A stretch of DNA of 54,395 nucleotides from a virus (taxonomy: Duplodnaviria > Caudoviricetes): IMG/VR virus record IMGVR_UViG_3300032006_000010, positions 1-54,395 of that record, one strand, 5' to 3'. The notes under the pieces were generated by a model that was given only the letters and a program-made list of their open reading frames with translations, made no database searches and was not told the DNA's origin. Numbering within the stretch: position 1 is the first letter of the stretch; every line of letters begins with the position of its first letter. The position numbers and the translations under genes are program-made. Of the stretch, positions 46,233 through 53,908 are shown one piece after another.

Positions 46233-48404
46233 TTAGGACTTGGATGGTTTTGCGTTTTGTTTTGATGAGCGTACGGCTTCCCGTACCTCGCTCTTTACTT
46301 GTCCTAGAGCATCATCAAGGCGTTTCTCGAATAATCTGCCTGAGGCTTTGCCTTGGGTTGAGACTTTATCGAGGTCTGCTTTGAATTTTTCAAGTTCAGC
46401 TCTTTGTTTAGCATGATATACTTCTCTTTCACGAGTCTGCATATCACCCTTGAGCTTTTTAATTTCTTCGCTAGCCTGCTCCAGCTCGCCCTGAAGTTTA
46501 CCTACTATATCGGTGCGAGTTAATACACCTTCCATATCGAAAACTTCAGTTTTCTTTAAAACTTCTTGCTTATCAATAATACCCTTTTCGTAAGCATCCA
46601 TATACATTTCAAGCTGGGCAAAACGATTAGTGGGTAATGTAGAACCAGTGATTACAACTACATCGAATGCTCCTCTTGAAATATCGTTAATAACATTTAA
46701 TTCTCCGCTTTTATCATCATAAAGCTTTTTATTTATAGCATACTCAGTGATACTATTATTAGGCTGTACAATTCTTACAACTTTTTCGGCTTGGTACAAC
46801 TGTTGCATAATAGGTATGGCTACACGAGCTATGCGGACTAGTCCACTTTCAATATCCTGAAGCTTGGACTTTATCTTACGCTGACCAAACTCATCAAGAG
46901 AAACTGTAGCCTTATAAGTATGTGGTGCCGCTTCAGAATTTCCCTGCATTAATTCATATAAACCAAGAGCATGGTCAATATCTGTTTTTGCGACCTGCTC
47001 ATTCTGATATAATGTATTAGGTAAAGGAGTTGGCTGAATAGGCTGTGGAGCACCTTGGTCCATATCAACTTCTATTGCAACTCCGGGTTGTGCCCATCTA
47101 TTCTCAAAATCCTGCATATCAACGGAACCAGATGGAATTAATATCTTAGTATTAGTAGATGTGGTAGCATGAGCAACAATCAGAGACCGTGTCTTGTTTA
47201 TATACTCCTGTAAGTCCTTTACCATCCTAACATCAGAAACCGGGTAGGGTGTTCTATTGTGTATATTCATGAAGAACACGATAGGATAGTTTTCAACGGG
47301 CAATATGCGAGAGTACAAGTATTGGTCTCCCATGATGACGCACATTTTTACCCTTTGGACCGGAACAGACACGGTCTCGATTAAACCTTCTTCAACCAAA
47401 TCAGCATGAGAGAGCTCTTCTATCTGTGGCATTGGAGGTGCGTCCATCTCATCTTCCATCTCAGCAGCCTGAACACCTTGCTCATACTTCATCATTAGCT
47501 GGTCAATAATACCCTTAGCTTTCTCAGCATTTGTAATTACCTGACCATTAACTCTAATTGCTGGTCTAGCCATGTATTCAGACATTTCTTCTTCCAGCAT
47601 AACCTCTTCGGTCTTATCAACGTTATTCTTGATATGAAAACGCTTTACCCAAATTTTGTAGTAACGTTCATAACCCCTAATATACTCACTGTTTTCTCCC
47701 CAAGAAGCGTCAGTCTTTGTCTGAGTATCCTCTGGAAAGACAATACCCTTATCATCAACACGGGAAGTTGTAGGTCTATCTGTATCTAGGTCACTAGTAG
47801 CATTTTTTATTGCATCCTTATACATGGGATACATCTGCATTGCCTGCTCTTTTGTGAATAAGCGTGAAACAATAATATTCTCAGCGTCATCTCCCAGCTT
47901 TTCACGACTATTGGGGTCAATATAAACATCGAGAGGGTCTACGTCCTTTATACAGACTTCACCCCTGCCATAATCTTTCAAGGGGTCAATATATACCATC
48001 ATAGCGCCCATACCCATTACATAGTAATCGTCTATTACATTACGGAGAGCCTGATTTCCGTCTGATACATACCACATGTATTCGAGTAATCCATTGAAAA
48101 CCTGTGCTACTTTATTATCGCTGTCTTCTCGAGGAGATACCCTGAATTGTGGTTTGCCTGAAGTGAGGAGAGCCTTTGCGGCCTCCACTGCGGGGTGGAT
48201 ACGGTTTACTACGAGGGGTGCTTGACCCCTCTCAAGTAAAATTCTTTGCTGTTCAGCAGTCCACTGTCTGCCTAATCTAAATTCTTTGTCTTCCTGAGCC
48301 TGTAAAGCCCAAACATCACGCTTTTGAGAATACGATTTCCATATCTTATGCGTGGTGTCTACTATATCTTCAGGAACTTCGGTTTCTTTTTCGATATACG
48401 CCAT
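46233..48404 (-). CDS. Portal protein (P22-like)
   Basis: F..G.QW......L..RGQAPLVVNRI, YIDPNSR, KDLQEYINK; directly after TerL. Confidence 0.9.
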   Translation of the reverse strand: MAYIEKETEVPEDIVDTTHKIWKSYSQKRDVWALQAQEDKEFRLGRQWTAEQQRILLERGQAPLVVNRIHPAVEAAKALLTSGKPQFRVSPREDSDNKVAQVFNGLLEYMWYVSDGNQALRNVIDDYYVMGMGAMMVYIDPLKDYGRGEVCIKDVDPLDVYIDPNSREKLGDDAENIIVSRLFTKEQAMQMYPMYKDAIKNATSDLDTDRPTTSRVDDKGIVFPEDTQTKTDASWGENSEYIRGYERYYKIWVKRFHIKNNVDKTEEVMLEEEMSEYMARPAIRVNGQVITNAEKAKGIIDQLMMKYEQGVQAAEMEDEMDAPPMPQIEELSHADLVEEGLIETVSVPVQRVKMCVIMGDQYLYSRILPVENYPIVFFMNIHNRTPYPVSDVRMVKDLQEYINKTRSLIVAHATTSTNTKILIPSGSVDMQDFENRWAQPGVAIEVDMDQGAPQPIQPTPLPNTLYQNEQVAKTDIDHALGLYELMQGNSEAAPHTYKATVSLDEFGQRKIKSKLQDIESGLVRIARVAIPIMQQLYQAEKVVRIVQPNNSITEYAINKKLYDDKSGELNVINDISRGAFDVVVITGSTLPTNRFAQLEMYMDAYEKGIIDKQEVLKKTEVFDMEGVLTRTDIVGKLQGELEQASEEIKKLKGDMQTREREVYHAKQRAELEKFKADLDKVSTQGKASGRLFEKRLDDALGQVKSEVREAVRSSKQNAKPSKS

Positions 48405-48419
48405 CGTATTAATTTAATA

Positions 48420-49934
48420 CTATAATGTCATCCAATCAAGTATCTTTCTAGCTTTATTTACCCCGCTTGGGTCAATGTATTTCTTTTGCCTACAAGCCTT
48501 AATTCCATCCATTGCGTAATATACAGCATCCAGTATATCATCATGTTTACCCCTTGGATAGGATAAAAACTCCTGTTGGGCTATAATATCCTCTGGTCTG
48601 AAGTAAAACTCTCCTCTAGCAAGTGGGGCTACCAAGGAAAGCAGTCTCTCGGACTTTCTTTGTCTCGGTTTTATGCCCTTTTCCAGCCCGGGTATATACA
48701 GGGACTGTTCAAGCATCATTTTTCGTACGCTAGCCCGGAGAGCTTCTTGGTAGCCCACCGTCTCTATTTTCATCCTTTTTGGATGATACTTCTTAAAAAT
48801 CTTGACGATAGTCTCTGGCTGTATTGCCGGGTCAATCTTATCACGGAGAATATCGATAATATACTTATTATTATCATTGTCAACACCCACAGTAGCAACA
48901 GCAAAGAAATCGCTACGACTAGATAGACTACTAGCAGGGTCAATGCCGCAATAGATGTCAACAGGCTTACGCTCCTCCTCGCCATCAATTGTCCGAACGA
49001 GAAGATTCTGACCGTCGACTCTCTTATAACTGTAATGATGAAGTTTAATGTATTCCGGTTTAAAGGGTGCATTGTCTGGAGATTGCGCTTCATTCATATA
49101 CTCCTGATAAAAACCATTTAGATTGCCAACAGATTCAAATTCTGCCTTAATCTGTAGAATTCTCTCCTTAGGAAAACGCTCATGCCATATACTACGACCT
49201 TTTTCATCGTATATAGCATACCAAAGAACATTCCATGCCGGAGATTCCCTAGCCCAATATAAGAAACAATCTTCAGAGATGACGGTTCCAATAAGTATTA
49301 TTCGACCATCATCGGACAAAGACGGGATAACGGCTTCGGTCATCCATTTTCTATTCTTAGCCCTGCCTTCCTGAGTGGAGGCATTTAATTCTGACTCATA
49401 ATCATCTACGATAATGAGATTAGGACGAGTATCACCTTCAAGAAACCCACGAACACGCTGACCAGTACCGACAGCCACAATACGTGCCCCATTAGCCAGA
49501 ACAATATCATTATTAGTCCATCTTTTTGCCGTCGTGGGTCCATAATCACCAAACATCGCCTTGAAATTCGCACTATTCTGGAGATGATACTTGATTCTAG
49601 AGAGGAAGTTAATGCTTTGTGACTGTGATTCCGAGATAATAACGATAAAAAGGTCCCTGTCTGATGGTTTAAAAGCGATTTTGTGGAGGGGTAGTATTAA
49701 GGAGGTCACTGTACTCTTCGCTGTCCCCCTAGGGGCTGCGATAAGTACTCGCTTTATAGTGTCATCAGACAGGGATTTATAAATTTCGTAGTGAAAAGGT
49801 GGTACATCACGGCTTAAAGCCGTAGGAAACATGGTTTTTCCGAATAAACCAATATTTTTCCTTAATTTCTTTAGGGCATTCTCTTCAGCCCATCGAGATT
49901 CAAAATCTTCAGTCTGTTTCTTCTTCTTTACCAT
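48420..49934 (-). CDS. terL: Terminase large subunit
   Basis: Walker A APRGTAKST, Walker B IIVDD, FYQEYMN, nuclease GIDPA and HDDILDA; start moved to ATG 49934 after AAGGAG. Confidence 0.93.
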   Translation of the reverse strand: MVKKKKQTEDFESRWAEENALKKLRKNIGLFGKTMFPTALSRDVPPFHYEIYKSLSDDTIKRVLIAAPRGTAKSTVTSLILPLHKIAFKPSDRDLFIVIISESQSQSINFLSRIKYHLQNSANFKAMFGDYGPTTAKRWTNNDIVLANGARIVAVGTGQRVRGFLEGDTRPNLIIVDDYESELNASTQEGRAKNRKWMTEAVIPSLSDDGRIILIGTVISEDCFLYWARESPAWNVLWYAIYDEKGRSIWHERFPKERILQIKAEFESVGNLNGFYQEYMNEAQSPDNAPFKPEYIKLHHYSYKRVDGQNLLVRTIDGEEERKPVDIYCGIDPASSLSSRSDFFAVATVGVDNDNNKYIIDILRDKIDPAIQPETIVKIFKKYHPKRMKIETVGYQEALRASVRKMMLEQSLYIPGLEKGIKPRQRKSERLLSLVAPLARGEFYFRPEDIIAQQEFLSYPRGKHDDILDAVYYAMDGIKACRQKKYIDPSGVNKARKILDWMTL

Positions 49935-50691
49935 TAGATACTGGCTCCTTGACACTTCTGGTGGCAATTAGCTTATTCTCTTCCTCATTTATATTATCTA
50001 TCAGCTTTTTCGTCTGTACAGCCTCTATCCTATCCGTTGTAGTCACTGTTTCCTTGTCTTTCATGCCATGAATCTCAAAACCATCGTTAACAAAGCCACG
50101 AATAGCGTTAACATCCTTCTTTTCCTTAGCCATATCAACGCCATCCTTCATAAGATTAATAAAATAATCTACATCAAGCATATTGTCATCTAATAATTTC
50201 TGTGCTTCGTCTCTTTTCATAGACCTAAAGTTCTCCGTTCTCATGTGTCGCCTTAATTTGCGACGTTTTCCTGCACTAACACTACCAAAAACCTTATCTA
50301 TAGCGATATCACGGTCATCTGAGATAGCTGCCCATAGTGCTAAATCCTTATAATCCTTACTATTACAGCGTACATCAAGCCATTTCTTACCAGAAAAGGT
50401 ATTATTAGCTACCCTTCCACCAGCACAGAACTTCTTATTTGGATATCTAGCATCCCACATAATATAACCAAAAGGCATGCGGTAGTAATAAGAAGGTCTA
50501 CCACTAGTATCAAGATACTCCTTCTTTTTTATTACCTTCGCTACCCAGCCGTCGTCTGTGACCGCCCAGTCTCCTGCGTCGCACTTTTGCCAGCCTTTGA
50601 ATGGTATTCCTTCTTTTTCTGCTTCTTCCTGTAGATATATCGGGTATTCCGTGACCCCCTTATCCCTATGGTTAATGGTTACTGTGTACAT
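49909..50691 (-). CDS. Putative terminase small subunit / DNA-binding protein
   Basis: Immediately upstream of and overlapping terL; positional inference. Confidence 0.5.
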   Translation of the reverse strand: MYTVTINHRDKGVTEYPIYLQEEAEKEGIPFKGWQKCDAGDWAVTDDGWVAKVIKKKEYLDTSGRPSYYYRMPFGYIMWDARYPNKKFCAGGRVANNTFSGKKWLDVRCNSKDYKDLALWAAISDDRDIAIDKVFGSVSAGKRRKLRRHMRTENFRSMKRDEAQKLLDDNMLDVDYFINLMKDGVDMAKEKKDVNAIRGFVNDGFEIHGMKDKETVTTTDRIEAVQTKKLIDNINEEENKLIATRSVKEPVSNGKEEETD

Positions 50692-51215
50692 AAATCAGGG
50701 TATAATCCACCTCATAAAAGAAAAACTACCAGTTTTGTGCTCCTTACTTAAGTCACCCGTCATCTGCGGTGTCACCCCTTAATAATTAAATCAACTACTA
50801 AAAAAAGTAAAAAAACTTAAACCCAGTTTACAAAAAAAACAATAGCTATTATTTACTTTATCGCAGAAGCGTTAAGTTTCAATATAGATGCACTTAGGTG
50901 GTGGCACCTAGTTTTGTTCAAAAGCCATATATTAAGTAGGGTTGCAAATCCAACCAAAAATTACCGTAGAATGGGAGTACGTGGTATACATTGCACCGTA
51001 CCCGTGCGTTTTTCACGGCACGGGGGTCCCTGCCCAGTTGAAACAGAACCGCTGGTTCTATTCCATCTGGTCACCCCCATCCCGCACACCGCACGTGTAC
51101 TGGCGCCCAGCCCCTGCTAGCCACTGCGTGGCAGATACGTACCCTATGCCTTTAGGCATAGCTACGTAGCCATTGAGCAATAACCCCTCAACCTTTCACG
51201 AAAGGCATCAGTCTT

Positions 51216-51557
51216 ATGGCATCAAAGAAAGTATCGATACGAGTATCGAACACTTTCCGTGGCTCCGTAGACCGACACGGTGAGTTCGTTAGGGAAGAAG
51301 ACCGAAACGGTCGTTGGATTGCATCCAACAACCTGCGTATCATATCTGATACGTCGGCTTCTTTACCCGCCGTCCTCACTGCCAAGCGTATCACGTCACT
51401 TGTAAAGCAGAAGCCTGCTCTACAAGTAACTGATGGTACGGACTATCAGCTTACCAACAAGGTAGACCTTGATGGTGACGCTGAGCGTGGCTTAGACCCT
51501 GCTACCGCATGGTATTACGCCCCGCAAAGTCCTCCCGTTACGCTTGACATCGGCTAG
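51216..51557 (+). CDS. First gene of the early arm, hypothetical
   Basis: 113-aa ORF in a locally GC-rich region; GAAAGG upstream. Confidence 0.6.
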   Translation: MASKKVSIRVSNTFRGSVDRHGEFVREEDRNGRWIASNNLRIISDTSASLPAVLTAKRITSLVKQKPALQVTDGTDYQLTNKVDLDGDAERGLDPATAWYYAPQSPPVTLDIG

Positions 51558-51691
51558 GACACGGTAGTGCATTGCGTGCTATTGGCACGTACGCATTGCA
51601 TGCTCAAACCTGTGCTTCCCCCTACACACAGTAGGGGGGACACACACAGGTCTTATTTTATCACACCCGTGAAAGGAATCAGCAATAGCTG

Positions 51692-51787
51692 ATGTATTCA
51701 ATATTTCGTAATTTCAGTAAGCTATGGTACTGCATAGTGAGTCCGGATGGTAACCCAATCGACGTAGACAACCAGACCAAAGGTTAA
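51692..51787 (+). CDS. Possible 31-aa peptide (MYSIFRNFSKLW...)
   Basis: GAAAGGA SD separated from the ATG by the hairpin ATCAGC-AATA-GCTGAT. Confidence 0.3.
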   Translation: MYSIFRNFSKLWYCIVSPDGNPIDVDNQTKG

Positions 51788-51809
51788 CACAGTTGATTAA
51801 ATCCCAAAC

Positions 51810-52840
51810 AGTAAGAGAGTAGCCCCAGCCTTAAGCTGGGGCGCTCTCGTATTCGTTACTTGTAATGAGGTCACAATTAAGTAGCTTCTTTTGTGGTTGG
51901 TTGAGGTGCTGAGGTGCAAATCCTCACGTGTAATTACAAGTAAGTATTTATCAGTCTACAGCCCTAGACGTGGGGCGGTCGTCATGGCGGCTGGGAACTA
52001 CAAAATATGGTGGTGATGTTAACAAGACCGTTCCCAACGTAGGCTGATTCTTTATTTAACCGGGGGAAGAGCGTGGACAGATGATATGTCCTGTGTCAGC
52101 AAGCACTGAATCTTCCCCTTTTTATTTTATTTAGTGAACCAAATCTAAACAGTGGCTACTGATTTCTAGAATCACACGAGTGCACATCGTGCCGGCTGAC
52201 GAGGCTGGGTAGTCCAGAACTTTATTTATTTATTGGGTGTTCTATAGTTGCAAATATAGAGCATTTTAGCAGTGTGACTGAGTGCGTTCTCGAGTTGAGG
52301 CGTAAGGTACATTCCAAGGAAGTATGTTCCGCATCGAAGTAAGTACTTAGATGAACCGAATAAGTATCGGTGGGGTGGTCAGTTGGTAAAGTTGGTGTTT
52401 CCCTCGAGAAGGGGCACTAATTAGAAAAGAAGGATTCTTCTTGCTCTGTTTACAGGCGGCTGAAAGGCTAATCCTGTGACTATGTAGACTGGTAGCTAGC
52501 CTTAAGATGGGGCTCCAGTATCATTACATGCTATAGTAGCAGCATTGACGAGGTGTACGCCTAAAGCGGAACCCAGAGATGAACCAACGACAGTTGGGTA
52601 ATGAGTGCAGAGTATCTATACTATCTTCCAAAAACACGAGGTCCTTGTATCCTCGTCATTGCTACCAAATTTATACCAAGGCTGTGGTCCAAAGTCCTGA
52701 GAGACTAGTACGGATAAACTCAGAGAGACCTGAGAATTGGGCGAGTAGTGCACCTCCACCCTAATAACAAACTCCACGGCCTTAAATGGGGTAGTATGCT
52801 GATGTAAGTCTTCCAATGGATGCATTCAGTGTACTGCCAA
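51810..52840 (+). ncRNA. Tandem array of structured RNA modules or one large ncRNA, family unassigned
   Basis: No credible ORF; more than 10 consecutive stem-closed domains separated by T-rich linkers; mismatches read as G-U pairs on the + strand. Confidence 0.6.
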
Positions 52841-52862
52841 GATATCGTGAAAGGAGGCTAAA

Positions 52863-53003
52863 ATGCCGACAGAACAAATAAACATAGTAGATAAGTATAA
52901 TAAGGAATTAGACGATTGTATTAATTCACAAATAGATGCAGATAAAATAGATGATTTTGATGCAAAAGTTCAGTGTGAAGAAATATTAGTCGAATCATTC
53001 TAA
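52863..53003 (+). CDS. Small acidic protein (46 aa), not in ORF track
   Basis: SD AAGGAGG; 13 D/E vs 4 K; TAATG overlap with the next gene. Confidence 0.6.
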   Translation: MPTEQINIVDKYNKELDDCINSQIDADKIDDFDAKVQCEEILVESF

Positions 53004-53260
53004 TGAATCCGGTTCCAACAGGCGGAGACCCAGCAAATCTGGAGTGTTCTAAATGTGGTTCAAGCAACACAGAGTTCGAAGAATACATGTCAACAGGGTA
53101 TGCAGCTCATCATCCTTATTGGATTAGGCGTAACAATCCCGTAGAAGTATCCGAATATGGCATTAAATGCCAAGATTGCGACCACGAAGAAGACCCTGAT
53201 ACGTTGGGTCTGCGCTTTGAACCAAATGACCCAGATGATGGAAACTGGGTAGGAAGGTAA
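53003..53260 (+). CDS. Zn-ribbon protein
   Basis: CSKC...CQDC. Confidence 0.7.
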   Translation: MNPVPTGGDPANLECSKCGSSNTEFEEYMSTGYAAHHPYWIRRNNPVEVSEYGIKCQDCDHEEDPDTLGLRFEPNDPDDGNWVGR

Positions 53261-53262
53261 AC

Positions 53263-53379
53263 ATGACAAAATACATACAGTTCTTAGAAAATGTTCTTGT
53301 AGTCTTTTTCTGTAGTCTTCTAACAGTAAGCATTATCTGGGGTGCAGCCAATATAGTTTGGCTTTTATGTAAGAATTAA
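53263..53379 (+). CDS. Small membrane peptide (38 aa), not in ORF track
   Basis: AGGAAGGT upstream; hydrophobic VLVVFFCSLLTVSIIWG. Confidence 0.5.
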   Translation: MTKYIQFLENVLVVFFCSLLTVSIIWGAANIVWLLCKN

Positions 53380-53399
53380 ACCCTAAAAAGGAGACGTAG

Positions 53400-53591
53400 A
53401 TGAAAATACTCTACAGAGCATGGAGGCGGTTCACCAGCCTCTTTAAACCTTGGAAAAAAGGTCAGAGAGCTATCTGGTATCAATTAAGATGGCTTAAAAA
53501 TAGTGTGAATGAAATAAACCTCGACTTGGAGGCGGTAAGGGCAAAGTTGGAATCAAAGCCTAAACGTGGACGTCCCAAGAAGAGTTCTTAA
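53400..53591 (+). CDS. Small basic protein with C-terminal KRGRPKK (AT-hook-like)
   Basis: SD AAGGAG. Confidence 0.6.
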   Translation: MKILYRAWRRFTSLFKPWKKGQRAIWYQLRWLKNSVNEINLDLEAVRAKLESKPKRGRPKKSS

Positions 53592-53619
53592 AACCACGTA
53601 GACGTACTAAGGAGACCAT

Positions 53620-53823
53620 ATGGCTAAAGTACTAGTACAGACCTTTGGTGGCGTTGTCAAGACAATGGAAGCTGAAAATCCTGCTGCATTAGCAGAGCAA
53701 TTAGGCTTGGCATTGGACAATTCCACAATTAACGTCAATGCTAAAGCGGCTGAAGCAACGACTACGTTGCGAGATGACGATTTCGTTGCATTTGTGACGG
53801 ATAAAGTCCAGTCGGGTAAGTAG
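53620..53823 (+). CDS. Ubiquitin-like beta-grasp protein (ThiS/MoaD/Ubl), C-terminus -VQSGK
   Basis: 67 aa; INVN...TTLRDDDFVAFV matches the ThiS/MoaD pattern xVN...L.DGD.V; penultimate Gly; SD TAAGGAG; directly upstream of the E2-like gene. Confidence 0.8.
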   Translation: MAKVLVQTFGGVVKTMEAENPAALAEQLGLALDNSTINVNAKAAEATTTLRDDDFVAFVTDKVQSGK

Positions 53824-53835
53824 GGACAAAGAGAT

Positions 53836-53895
53836 TCGGTTACTGGCGTGACTTTGGGAACGGAACTATTCCGACCTATGAGTTGCGCCATCCGA
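53836..53895 (+). promoter_or_regulatory. Long interrupted hairpin between Ubl and E2 genes
   Basis: TCGG/CCGA, TGGCGTGACT/AGTTGCGCCA, CGGAA-CTA-TTCCG; ends just before the E2 SD. Confidence 0.6.
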
Positions 53896-53908
53896 TGAAA
53901 GGAGAAAT

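Noticed and set aside
12860-49782. Many short + strand ORFs in the track (e.g. 12860, 14941, 17294, 21953, 36933, 48576, 49123)
   Set aside because: Antisense shadows of long - strand genes, without SD or motifs.
51856-52216. Canonical tRNA genes
   Set aside because: No unit combines a 7-bp acceptor stem, D-loop GG and GTTCRA T-loop; kept only as tRNA-like candidates.
52579-52825. ORFs 52579-52764 (+) and 52616-52825 (-)
   Set aside because: No SD, overlap strongly paired RNA-like stems and have no protein-like motifs.
51600-52840. CRISPR array or known ribozyme
   Set aside because: No regularly spaced identical repeats; I could not place a hammerhead core (CUGANGA...GAAA) or group I/II intron motifs.
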